DNA of 64,000 nucleotides from Octopus sinensis (GCF_006345805.1 NC_043009.1:55800001-55864000), one strand, 5' to 3'. Shown: positions 1-12,316, counted from the first letter of the stretch. Notes: generated by a model not told the origin, from the sequence alone. Numbers and translations: made by a program.

Positions 1-40
1 TTACCTCAATTTTGGTGGTACACCAAAATGGTGAATGTAT
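1..40 (-). CDS. DHDH: DHDH copy A exon 6 (partial)
   Basis: Acceptor ...ttttaacag, then IHSPFWCTTKIEV; homologous to exon 6 of B and C. Confidence 0.85.
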   Translation of the reverse strand, partial: MHSPFWCTTKIEV

Positions 41-3000
41 CTGTTAAAATAGGAACATACAATAAATACATAAAAGTATTTTAGTTTAATTTTCCTGACT
101 ATTTATGTTATAACTGTTGGAGCTGGTAGAATAGATTAATCAATAAATGGCATGTCATAAATTCTAAATTGATTAAGTTTAAATTTCAGATTAAGTAATT
201 ATGAATTTAATTTTCAAATATCTTTATCTTTAAATGAAATGATTACTTACATAAATTTTGCCTTTAGTTCCATAGATATATGCATCAGTTCTTCCATTCA
301 AAGTAGCATCAATGGACAAAGAGGCTCTGGCACCGTCCTTATAAGTCAGAATAATATTGGCAGACTGGTCAACATCTTTTCCAAATGAAACAATATTATT
401 TCTTTTTTTTTTATTTTTCATTATTACACATAAATGCAACCATGACATACAAATCATTACATTCTGGAATTTATAATGAATATTGACATCATTGAGAGCC
501 AGCGGCTGCACCAAGCTCCAATCTGATCTGGCAATGTTTCTACAGCCAGATGCCCTTCCTAATGCCAACCACTCCGAGAGTGTAGTGGGTGCTTTTTACA
601 TGCCACCAGCACAGGAGCCAGTCAGGTAGGCCTGGCATCGATCATGTTCGGATGGTGCTTTTTACGTGGCACCGGCACAGAAGCCAGTCAGGGGGCACTG
701 GCCACAGCTGCGATATTGGTTTTTACCAAAAAAAAAAAATAACAATAATAATAATAATAATAAATAAACCCTCTTTGTGCAGCTGTCTCATGAGGTTTGG
801 TTTATAATTAGTAACAGGTACAGACCTCTTCACTGCAGTATAGGACTTTAAGAGCAAAAGATCATGTGAATTCAGCATTGAAAACTCAACTGGAAAAGAT
901 TCCTTGGACACTAGCTTATATTATCTGTTGATTTTATGAAGATAGCAAATAATAACTTAAAATTCTTTTAATTATATTTATTCACTCAATTATGTGTGTG
1001 AGTTACATAGACATAGATTTATTTTACTAAGCCTCTACCCACACAAAACCATTATCGTAATTGAGTAAGGAGACAGACAAAATTAAAGAGAATAGAACTA
1101 TGTCAGAAACAGTTTCAAAATCCCTAAAATAGGTATACAAGCTATATGAAACCTTCATTAATGAGATACTTACCTGTATCAGCAATTGTTCCAACAGCTG
1201 TAATTGTCTCAGGTTTCTCTCTGAATACGAAGTTTGCAAGCCATATTGTATATACACCAATATCCAATAGAGTACTACCACCTAAGGAAGGCTGAGATAC
1301 AGCATCCTTTGCAAAGATATTAACAAAGAAAGCTACATCTATGTAGCGTATCTTTCCTATGGTTCCAGACTCAATTTCTTGTCGAATGGCTGCATAGGCT
1401 GGGAAGAAGGCGGACCACAAGGCCTGAAAGGAAAAAAAAATTACAAGAAAGATAAAAATAAAAAGACTAAGATTAAGGATGAGAAAATTAAGGCTGAAAA
1501 GAAAGGAATGAAAGTAAATATATAAATAAATGATGGGAAAAATATATGATAAATATAAAAATACATGGAGGATAAAAAAATATTATAAAACTGTTGCTTT
1601 TCTTTATGTTATTCAATATATGATAATATTTTACAATTATCTTCTTCACCTTTATATTTATCAGATCCACTGTATAGCATTTCTTTCAATACACATCAAT
1701 TTTTTTAGATAAATTACCTCATTAAATATATCATTCTACTTCATCTCATGGTACAAAGAATAACATCATTACCACCTTCATTTATTATTTATATCGAATC
1801 CAAATCAGTGTATCACCATTCTACTAAGGCTGAAAACTGATTCCTTATATACATTTTGCTTTCATTTTCATATATTTGTTTCCATTCTGCCTCTTGTGAC
1901 AATCAGTTTTCTACTGCTCTCATTTCTGCACCATTACTTATGAAATATGAAGTATAGCCTTCTAATATTATCATCTCTGTGTAGTTACCTTTCACACAGT
2001 CCAGTCTTCCTCCTCCTCCTCCACATCATCATTTAGCATCTGTCCTCCATGCTGGTATAGCCAGGATGGTTTAACAAGAGCTGGCAACCAGACAACTGCA
2101 CCAAGCTCCACTTTCTATTTTGGCATGGTTTTTATGGCTAGACGCCCTTCCTAGTATCAACCACTTTACAGAGTGGATTCTCGGCAAAAAAATTATATCT
2201 TTAAATTTCTTCTTTGATGAAAAGTTCTATTCCAAACACTAGACTTTATTTCAACATCCAACATGATGGTATACCAATTAGAGAGCCTCTATACAGTAAC
2301 TGGGTTAGCTTGAAATAGGAGCTAAATCACTCCCAATTACATCCTACAATCTGAAAAAATAAAGTGAAGAACAACTTCAGATTAAAATATCAGAAAAAAA
2401 AAAGAGAATGACATCAAATGTAGTTGTAGAAACAACACCTTTGAAAAGTAGAAAAAAATATTAGGTGGAAAGATTTTGGTCATGGACCTGTTATGATGAT
2501 CTAATGAAACATCACCGATGACAGCATACAAACATACACCAATCCAGTATTAAAAGACATACCTCCATGTAAAATAGGTTCTGTGACTTTGCCAGTTGAA
2601 GCATGTCTTCTGTATCCTTTGTGGTAATTGCACAGGTTTTCTCACACAGAACTGGTTTGCCATTGTTAAGCATAAGAATGGAGAGAGGACGATGGTAACT
2701 GTTGACAGTTGAAATGTATACCACATCTGTGGGAAAAATGAAATATAATTACTTGATTTTAGTATTAAAGTAATTCATTTATCTCATTCAACTGTGATTA
2801 GCAGTGATAATCGTTCCATTTCTAGACCGGGTCTAAAAACGAAACACTTACCACTGTTGATGATATGTATATCATTATCATCATCATCATTTATGCCTAT
2901 TACATGAGGCAGGTGAGCTTTGTTGAGACAAGATTTTCTACAGCTGGATGCTCTTCCTGTCACCATTGCTGACCAGTTTTCATGGCCTGCGATGTCTGTT

Positions 3001-3243
3001 ACTATTTACACCTGTTTTATTACTAACATCTTTCTTATCATCATCATTCATGATTTTTAAAAATATTATTATTATTAGGCGCAGGAGTGGCTGTGTGGTA
3101 AGTAGCTTGTTTACCAACCACATGGTTCTGGGTTCAGTCCCACTGCGTGGCACCTTGGGCAAGTGTCTTCTACTTTAGCCTCGGGCCGACCAAGGCCTTG
3201 TGAGTGGATTTGGTAGACGGAAACTGAAAAGAAGCATGTCGTA

Positions 3244-3283
<40 letters not shown>

Positions 3284-4864
3284 TGTGTGTGTTTGTGTGT
3301 CTGTGTTTGTCCCCCTAGCATTGCTTGACAACCGATGCTGGTGTGTTTACGTCCCCGTTATTTAGCGGTTCTGCAAAACAGACCGATAGAATAAGTACTG
3401 GGCTTACAAAAGAATAAGTCCCGGGGTCGAGTTGCTCGATTAAAGGCGGTGCTCCAGCATGGCCGCAGTCAAATGACTGAAACAAGTAAAAGAGTAAAGA
3501 GTATACAATTAATAAACAACCACACATGCACAACTTTATTTTTAGCATAAATAACTTATCGTTTAGTGTCCATTTTCCATTCTGGCATGGGTTAGACGGT
3601 TAGCCAGAGAGCTCCAGTTTGATTTGGTTTGGTTGCAATAATAGCAACTCGCACAATAAATATTTGAATAAATAAACTCATTTTTAGGTGTTTTCATTAC
3701 AAGACTGAGCTTTTTACTTGGAAAATTTTCAGTAGGATTTTAATAATTAAAATTATGTCATACCTATGTTGGGATCTTTGGCAAACTCTTCATAGCTGTC
3801 ATAAACATTTGGTATTTTAAATTTGCCAGCAAGTTTCTTGGCCTTCTCAGAAGATTTGGATACCACTGCAGTTATCTAAACAAAAACAAAATAACTATCA
3901 TGTGAAATCAAGTTTTTTGTTGGAACAGGATTAGAAAATTGGAATGGTTATGGTTGATAATGAATAATGATTTATGAGCATTAATGTAATAATACTCTTT
4001 TACTCTCTTTTACTTGTTTCAGTCATTTGACTGCGGCCATGCTGGAGCACCGCCTTTAGTCGAGCAAATCGACCCCGGGACTTATTCTTTTATTGGTCTC
4101 TTTTGCCGAACCGCTAAGTGACGGGGACGTAAACACACCAGCATCGGTTGTCAAGCAATGCAAGGGGGACAAACACAGACACACAAACATACACACACAC
4201 TTATATATATATACATATATACGACAGGCTTCTTTCAGTTTCCGCCTACCAAATCCACTCACAAGGCATTGGTCGGCCCGAGGCTATAGCAGAAGACACT
4301 TGCCCAAGATGCCACGCAGTGGGACTGAACCCGGAACCATGTGGTTGGTTAGCAAGCTACTTACCACACAGCCACTCCTGCGCCTATGCTCATAAATATA
4401 ATATAGGTATAATACCCAAAATTTTAGGCAAAGGGCTAGTTGATTACATCAACCCCAGTGTTCAACTGGTACTTATTTTATTGACCCCGGTGCTGCTCAA
4501 CTGGTACTTATTTTATCAACCCCAAAAGGATGAAAGGCAAAGTCAGTATTTTATGAATTTGAAGAACTCAGAATGTAAAAACCAGAAAAAAGCCATTAGA
4601 CATTTTCTTTGGCATGCTAACAATTCCACTGGCCCACCAACCTTATAATAATAATCTTTTCTATTATAGGTACACAGTCAGAAATTTGGAGGAGAGGGAC
4701 TAGTCAATTACATCAACCCCAATGTTTCACTGGTACTTAATTTATCGATCCCTAAAGGATGAAAGATAAAGTCATCCTCAATAGAATTTGAACTCAGAAC
4801 ATAACAGACAAAATACCACTAAGCATTTCGACCAGCATGCTAACAACACTGCCAGCTCACTGCC

Positions 4865-4924
<60 letters not shown>

Positions 4925-7900
4925 GTTTCAAATTTTGCCACAAGGGCAGCAGTTTTGGGAAAGAAAATGAGTTAATTACATTGACCCCAGCATTCAAATG
5001 GTACTTAATTTATTGACCCCAAAAGGATGAAAAGCAAAGTCAACCTCGATGTGATTTGAACTCAGAATGTAAGGACAGATGAACTGTTGCTAAACATTTT
5101 GTCTGGCGTGCTAATGATTCTGCCAGCTTGCTGCCTTAATAATAATAATAATAATTATAATAATAATAAATTGTTTCAAATTTTGCTCATTAAAAGCATC
5201 CAGTACACTCTGTAAATTGGTTGGCATTAGGAAGAGCATCCAGCTGCAGAAACCTTGGTACAACACACAGTTGGAGTCTAGACTGCTTCCTGGTAGCCAG
5301 CTCCATATCAAACTGTCCAACCCATGCCCGAATGGAAAGCACACATTAAGCAATGATAATGAATGTCAGGATAGAAATTCTAACTATACACCCACAGAAT
5401 TTTATTTCAACAAATTATTAAATTATTAAATCTATTTATATGACTGAATATAGTGACAATCTTAATGAGGGGGTAAAAATGAGTAAGATAAAAGTATTCC
5501 AATCAGAAAGAATACAAATATCAATCACATAAAATGATATATAATTTACCCCCACACCTGAGATTTCAATGAACATAATATATATAGACTTTACCCCACT
5601 TCAAAGATAATATAAGGACCCAATGGGCATAATATAATTTAATGAGATATGTCTACCTGTAGCAATAAGATAGATATAAAAAGACTGACACTAATAATGA
5701 TTTTATATATATATATTTTTTTTTCGACCAGACCATCAGATGTTGTTACACATCGCTGGTCACAATGCGTTCACATTGTTTTAGCCTTCGAACGACGCCA
5801 CCCCACTGGCTAAGCGAGCAGGCCAACAGAAGAAAGAGTGGTGAAAGAGTACAGCAGGGATCACCAACCTCTGCCGGAGCATCGTGGAGCTTTTAGGTGT
5901 TTTCGCTCAATAAACACACAACACCCGGTCTGGGAATCGAAACTGCGATCCTCCGACCACGAGTCCACTGCCCTAACCACTGGGCCATATATATATATAT
6001 ATATCTGTATATGAAATGTCATAAGACTTTAGCTTCAAGGACATCATGATTGGTATGACAGAAGATAAACTGACAATGCACCTAATTTCACAACTTATCT
6101 ACTGATGGTAGTAATATGAAATTCAGTCAAGTAGGCAAAAGAAAAGTTTTTCAAATATATATTTAAAGAAAACACACAGACACATACAGTTAGATTCACA
6201 CACATACCACCACATGAACACAACAGTAAACACATACTCGAATATGAATTTACATACATATACTTATTAAACTTGCGACCAATATATAATCTCCACCTAA
6301 AAAAAAAAAAAAACATAGATGTGTAATGAAAGATGTGTAATGAAAGATTTACAAATCAATCAATAAAGAACTGAACTACAACTAGTGTATATGTTTTGTA
6401 CTGGCAGAATGACCAATCCAAAATACAGCTATAACAAAGTACTGGAAGAATTGTTAGAGCTGAGACAGAATGCAATGTGGTATTTCTTTTTGCTCTTTAC
6501 TGTCCGAGTTCAAATTTTGTAGAATGTGTCACATAAAACATCTTTTACTCTTGGCGTTGTTGAGAAAATTCTGTATTTTGGAAGTTATTTCTTGTTAAAG
6601 TTGTCGTATTTCAGTAATTTCAACCAATCAATGACGTGTATTCAGCAGAATAAAATTACTGCCGTTGTTTCTCAACAACAACTATCGGCAGTGTATATTT
6701 TCGTTTGTCACTGTTATTTATGATATATTTAATCTTAGTTACGTTTGTATGAATAAACAAGTGTATCTGAAGCATGTTTACTTCATGGCACCACCATAAT
6801 CATTTGTGCTTCATTTTTCATTTTTTTCTGTAACGCTAACCCTAACCCTAAAACCCCAACTCTAACCCTAAAACCTTAAAGCTGAAACCAGTAGAAACGC
6901 ACGGACAAGGTCATAAATAACAGTGACAAATGAAATATACACCGCCGATAGTTGTTGACAAACAATGGCAGTAATTTTATTCAGCTGAATACACGTCATT
7001 GATTGGTTGAAATTACCGAAATACGACAACTTTAACAAGAAATAATTTCCAATATACAGAATTTTTTCAACAACGCCAAGAGTAAAAGATGTTTTATGTG
7101 ACACATTCTACAAGTATACTAAGTTTGAAAGTGTTTAGTTACAAAAAATTATTTTTAAAATCTGTCGGTCAAAAGGTAAAGATCTCAGAGCAGTATCACA
7201 CACAAAGCAGATAACTCAATACTACTCCCCTCTTTCTTGTATATCACTCTCTGTTATCTCTCCTCCTCTATTATGTCAGCAGCACTTAACAAATCGTCAG
7301 TCTCCAACATGTTAGCATTGAAAAGGCAGACGAAATAGGATAAAAATCATTGTACGAAATTTCACGAAGCGATTAAGTTTCCACAGTAATCAAAATGAAC
7401 GTGCATGAAATTCTCTATATAGTGAGGTATTTTTGTCATCTCTCCCATGGTAAATTTTACACTGACAACTTTTTTTCACCGTCATTTCTTCCACCCAGTG
7501 GCTTGCTTGAAGTACTCTTTTACTTGTTTCAGTCATTTGACTGCGGCCATGCTGGAGCACTGCCTTTAGTCGAGCAAATCGACCCCGGGACTTATTCTTT
7601 GTAAGCCCAGTATTTACTCTATCGGTCTGTTTTGCCGAACCGCTAAGTGACGGGGGCGTAAACACACCAGCATCGGTTGTCAGGCAATGCTAGGGGGACA
7701 AACACAGACACACAAACACACACACGCATATATACGACGGGCTTCTTTCAGTTTCCATCTACCAAATCCACGCACAAAGCTTTGGTTGGCCTGAGGCTAT
7801 AGTAGAAGACACTTGCCCAAGATGCCACGCAGTGGGACTGAACCCGGAACCATGTGGTTAGTAAGCAAGCTACTTACCACACAGCCACTAGGGGTAATGA

Positions 7901-9853
7901 GAGTAAGGAAGTTTTTTTTTAAAGCTCGAATTGTAAGAGTTGTGAATATTTTACACCATATAACTCATTAGATTAAATGTAAACAGACAGCCATGGATGA
8001 GGAGAGCAAAATAGGTACTACTTAAGAAGAGTGGTCCCGGTGCGCGCATCCGCGCTAGCTAGTCGTGACTAGTCGATCCTACAACAGCTACCTAGCAAAG
8101 TAAATAAAACAATTTTTTTTTTACACAAAGTAAATAATTTTTTAAAACAAAGTAAATAAAACAAAAACAGGAAGTAAGGATCGACTAGTCACGACTAGCT
8201 AGCGCGGATGCGCGAGTACGCGAGTGCGCGCACCGGGACCGCTCTTCTTAAGTAGTACCAGCAAAATATTTGGCGATGCTTCGGTATAGGTACACACGTG
8301 ACATTGTTTACATTTCTGAAGATAACAGAAACCCTTTTCTCCTACCCCTCCCCCTACCCCCCCATATATATAAAAAACAACAACACTTTCTTGAAATGTA
8401 TCCGGTACTTACACCGGTACATATACCGAAGTTACGCCAAATATTTATTTATTGGCATTAGAGTGGAGGATTGGTAGCATTGGCAGAGTGGCTGAAAAAT
8501 AACGTATTTAGTTGTGTTAACAAATTCCACGTAGGCCATTGTTTTCATTTTAATTTTTGTCATTATATGTAACAGAACCTATAAGATCGCCGATCTTGCC
8601 TTTTATACCACCTAGTTTCGATAAAATAAACAGGAACCAAGTTACACGCGACCAATTCGATTTACTCAACTAAAAGCCTTAGCACCCGCTATGTAATAAT
8701 TTGAATTTCGAGGGAAAGCGGTGTCAATTAAAACGAAACAATAATAAGGAATGTACACCTATATTTTAAATCTTGTCAAATTTTCTCTAAACATACTTCT
8801 TTATTACTTTTCAAAACAATTTTTGGGGTTAAAGTTTGACAATTTCATCCGCCTCATGAAACGGGTGTAATAGTAAAATACGATTTAAAAAATAAATGCC
8901 TTATGTTTATCAATCAATGTTAGCTTAATAAGTTAACTAAACGATGGTTAAATGAAAACAGCGATCTATGAATTTTTGGATCTTTTTTGTACTTTATTCA
9001 AGGTAAATAAAACTTTTGTCAACTTACGCTTAATATTTAATTAACAAGTCGACAAGTGAAACAGTTAGAAATAGCAATCAACTCTTCAAATAACACCATA
9101 TACTATTAGAAATAGCATGTCAAATCTTCAAATCACATCACACTATTTTATACTGTGCCACAACACTGTAGTTCAACATATCTCTAGAAATGCAATAAGT
9201 CATCGCTGTAATGTTTTCGATCATAGTTCTACTTGGAGCTGTAACGATAGTGGCTAGTGGCCATAGCATGTCTGCCGTTACGTTCTGAGTTCAAATTCCG
9301 CCGAGGTCGACTTTGCCTTTCATCCTTTCGGGGTCGATTAAATAAGTATCAGTTACGCACTGGGGTCGATGTAATCGACTTAAACCGTGTGTCTGTCCTT
9401 GTTTGTCCCCTCTGTGTTCAGCCCCTTGTGGGTAGTAAAGAAATAGCTAAGTGGCCATAGCACGACTTAGCTATACCACCACGACAAAATAGATCTTTCC
9501 TGTTTCGCTACAGAGCCAACAGCATCCACTGGGTTGACGAAGCGAGGCAGTCTCTACGTGTTAGAAATAGCAACCAGATATACTCCATATTAGGAACAAA
9601 TACTTACTGTTGTCCTAAAAGCGTAGATATTGCATTATGTTGTAGATACACAATGGAAAAAAAAAAGTCGGACGAGCACTGCTGGTTCAGAGGAAACCTA
9701 CGGTTAAACAACAGTGATCGAAGTTATATGTACCTAAAAATCAAAAGATTGCCAAAAATTATTACTTACTTTGTGTTGTGAAGGATTCAAACATTGCAAA
9801 GCATTGCAGAAATCCGTTGCAATCATACCTGCCGAACATATTCCCCAACGCAT
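1..9853 (-). CDS. DHDH: DHDH-like dehydrogenase, copy A (Gfo/Idh/MocA family; exons 1-5 complete, exon 6 cut by window edge)
   Basis: Exons 9770-9853, 3764-3875, 2563-2726, 1174-1423, 251-375 and 1-40 all have GT/AG borders and compatible phases. Translation MRWGICSAGMIATDF...VLCEKT...FYMEALWSAFFP...LGGSTLLDIGVY...GTKGKIY|IHSPFW matches mammalian DHDH motifs (RWGI, LCEK, MEAxW, GGxLLDIGxY). Confidence 0.92.
251..375 (-). CDS. DHDH: DHDH copy A exon 5
   Basis: 125 bp, aag|..|gtaagt; DVDQSANIILTYKDGARASLSIDATLNGRTDAYIYGTKGKIY. Confidence 0.88.
490..720 (-). mobile_element. RTE-type LINE/SINE 3' tail fragment
   Basis: Contains ...ccagatgcccttcctaatgccaacc..., which recurs at about 2040-2170, 5190-5350 and 52160-52400. 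Family assignment is from recognition only. Confidence 0.45.
1174..1423 (-). CDS. DHDH: DHDH copy A exon 4
   Basis: 250 bp, cag|..|gtaagt; ALWSAFFPAY...SLGGSTLLDIGVYTIW...GTIADT. Confidence 0.92.
2563..2726 (-). CDS. DHDH: DHDH copy A exon 3
   Basis: 164 bp, cag|..|gtatgt; DVVYISTVNSYH...GKPVLCEKT...LFYME. Confidence 0.92.
3077..3501 (+). mobile_element. tRNA-derived SINE, family 1 (octopus OK/OR-like)
   Basis: Head aggcgcaggagtggctgtgtgg (A box)...gggttcagtccc (B box), internal (TA)/(TG) tract, tail gaaacaagtaaaagag. Many copies in the window. Confidence 0.8.
3764..3875 (-). CDS. DHDH: DHDH copy A exon 2
   Basis: 112 bp, tag|..|gtatga; ITAVVSKSSEKAKKLAGKFKIPNVYDSYEEFAKDPNI. Confidence 0.9.
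3995..4385 (-). mobile_element. tRNA-derived SINE, family 1
   Basis: Reverse complement of the 3077-3501 element with an internal deletion. Confidence 0.8.
4425..5136 (-). mobile_element. Three head-to-tail SINE family 2 copies separated by (TAA)n
   Basis: Each carries cccccaaa(a)ggatgaaaggcaaagtc...gaactcagaa...gccagct; (TAA)n at 4866-4923 and after 5136. Confidence 0.7.
5727..5987 (-). mobile_element. tRNA-derived SINE, family 3
   Basis: Minus-strand head tggcccagtggttagggcag...cagtttcgattccc (A and B boxes), flanked by (TA)n. Confidence 0.65.
6517..7113. mobile_element. Fold-back / MITE-like element with about 205-bp terminal inverted repeats
   Basis: 6517-6723 is the near-perfect reverse complement of 6911-7113, hence the twin ORFs MSHKTSFTLGVVEK on both strands. 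The spacer holds taaccctaacccta repeats. No TSD seen. Confidence 0.75.
7514..7889 (-). mobile_element. tRNA-derived SINE, family 1
   Basis: Near full-length match to the 3077-3501 element. Confidence 0.8.
8014..8259. mobile_element. Mutator-like MITE (246 bp, 9-bp TSD)
   Basis: TIR ggtactacttaagaagag(t/c)ggtcccggtgcgcgca at both ends; exact 9-bp direct repeat agcaaaata at 8005-8013 and 8260-8268. Confidence 0.85.
9266..9446 (+). mobile_element. SINE family 2 (5'-truncated)
   Basis: ttacgttctgagttcaaattccgccgaggtcgactttgcc...tgtgggtagtaaagaaatag. Confidence 0.75.
9770..9853 (-). CDS. DHDH: DHDH copy A exon 1
   Basis: ATG..|gtaagt, 84 bp; MRWGICSAGMIATDFCNALQCLNPSQHK. Confidence 0.88.
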
Positions 9854-9931
9854 TGTTTCTCCTTTGAAATAAGCTAACGAAGTAAAGTTGCTGTGTCTGT
9901 TACAAATATGTCAGTTGCTGCTCAGATCGTT

Positions 9932-9941
9932 CTTTTATATA
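9932..9941 (-). promoter_or_regulatory. TATA box of DHDH copy A
   Basis: TATATAAAAG on the minus strand, about 80 bp upstream of the ATG. TATAAAAG also occurs 90 bp upstream of both copy-C exon 1s. Confidence 0.6.
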
Positions 9942-10507
9942 GGCTGATTATATTTTGAAATCAGCGGACTATAACTACTTTCCCTCCAATTTGTACGGTT
10001 AACGGCTGTTCCGATTTTTGTTTATATTTTATCTCTTATCGCGACACTTTTCGGTTACGTTCGGAGTTTTTTTTTTTGCGTTGAGTCTCAAGTAAACCTC
10101 CAGTCTAAAGTGTAAACGCAAGAGCTAATAATAAACACATCATGACAACTACAGCAAAAAGAGGCGAAAATAATTCAAGTCTTACGTATATTAATTACCG
10201 TATCTGTCGGCATATCGGGTTAGGGTTAGGACACTCTCGCGCAAGTTGTATCCCTATTTTACAAGGATATTTTATCTTCACTTGTTTTCTGTCGCTGGAC
10301 TGCGGCCATGCTGGGGCACTGTATCGGAGGGTTTAGACCTTATTCTATTGATCGGTATAACCCAGTGCTCTCCAACCTTTTTTTTTTTTACTTGCAATAC
10401 ATTTATATTCCTTTCAAAATTCGGCTGCACACCTGAACTAAAAGCATACGGAAAAAAATTATATTCAAGTTATACTGTGGCACACCTAATCAGTGTGCTG
10501 TGGCATA

Positions 10508-10738
10508 CCTATTTCTTTATTACCCACAAGGGGCTAAACACAGAGGGGACAAACAAGGACAGACATAGGTATTAAGTCGATTACATCGACCCCAGTGCGT
10601 AACTGGTACTTAATTTATCGATCCCGAAAGGACGAAAGGCAAAGTCGACCTCGGCGGAATTTGAACTCAGAACGTAACGCAGACGAAATACCGCTAAGCA
10701 TTTCGCCCGGCGTGCTAACGTTTCTGCCAGCTCGCTGC
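10508..10738 (-). mobile_element. SINE family 2
   Basis: Reverse complement of the 34311-34539 element. Confidence 0.8.
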
Positions 10739-11453
10739 GGAGCACTGGTATAGCCGAATCGCTAAGTTACGGGAACGTAAACAAAACAACACCGATTGTC
10801 AAGCGGTGGTTGGGTACAAACACATACATATATTCATATACGACGGGCTTCTTGCAGTTTCCGTCTACGAAATCCACTCACGAGGCTTTGGTTGGTCTGG
10901 GGCGGCGAGATGCGTTTTGACCGAGTTCTTTGTTATGATGTTTCGAGTCAAAACGAAAGATCACTTCAGTCAGGTACCAGAAGTCATAACTGTTTCGGGC
11001 AGTTACACTTGAGACAGTTCGATCTTGTTGACCCCCCTCCCCCCAGTCTAATCTAAGAGCATTAGCCCTCTTTGTAAGAAAGCTAACGAATGTGTACAGC
11101 AACAAAGACAAAAAACGGAGAACATGGTACACAATTACAAATACAGACAACAAGAAAATAACAACAGGTGTCTTTCGATTGAGAACGAATCAAATTGAGC
11201 TGGCGTGTATGAAGTGAAAGCCTAAAGGCAGGAAAATAGGAGGTGCACATAAGAAGAGTTGGCGGTCGAAGATCACGAAATGACCCGTCTTTTTTGCCTG
11301 ACCTTCTAATTGTTGTTTCTCCTGTCTGCCTTTGTATCGTCTGCCTGTCCGAATGTTTTAGTGTCTTCTATTGCGTTTTTGTTCCATTTTATATATATAT
11401 ATACATATAGCGGCGTACGTACACACTTGTGCTCACCTTATAGTAGGTATGTA

Positions 11454-11517
<64 letters not shown>

Positions 11518-11939
11518 TACACACACATACTCACACACACATTAATAATAGGCAGAAGTTACAGAGTGACAATGGCTAAATTCATGTTTGATAAGTACCA
11601 ATACACGAAACTCTCAGTTTTTGACTTACTCTCTAACTTCTGCCGATGATATATATACATACATATATGTGTAAAAAAAAATCTCATTACGCAATCGAAC
11701 CAATGAAAGCCATACTGATGATAAAGACAAAATCAAAAAGAAATTTAAAAACTTTATTAAATAATCTTGTTATTAAAATAATTTATTACAAATTGAACTT
11801 TATAAAGCCATTTTTTTTATAGAAAATAATTTAGACAAATGTAAATAAATACTTGAACTCTTTGTATCGATTTGCGTTGTCATTTATTTTTTGTTGTGTG
11901 TGCGATTAAGAAATAGTGTAGTTCATATATGAGTTGTGG

Positions 11940-12316
11940 GCATAACTACAGATTTCTGCCCCTCCGAATTTGGATGATCATAACTTTCAGAAAAATGAAT
12001 ACTTTTTTAATGAAATCTTCTACGAATATTTGTTATATCATGTAGATTCCGAATATACAAAATTTTTATGGGAAAGTGTTTTAGAAGGGGGTGGGGTGAG
12101 GAATTGTGGAAAATTCACCGGCGTCCACTTCAATTCAATTTAACTTTCAAGAAAATGGATATTTTTTGATAAAATTCTCTACAAATATACCTCGGACTAT
12201 ATAGATTCCGTGGACATAGGAATTTTTTGGGGAAAACAATTGGGTGTTATTTTTGAGAACTGTTCCCCGCTTGGGGGTGTTTCGGAACAATTCATTTGTG
12301 CATCCATAGATTTCAA

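Noticed and set aside
3077-3160. tRNA-like A/B boxes here and in other copies as tRNA genes
   Set aside because: They are SINE heads that continue into family-specific bodies; no complete cloverleaf recognised.
6834-6880. TAACCC / GGGTTA runs (also about 10217-10230) as interstitial telomere
   Set aside because: Only a few degenerate units embedded in repeat elements.
6526-7104. Apparent duplicated small gene (MSHKTSF...) on both strands
   Set aside because: It is the two arms of one inverted repeat.
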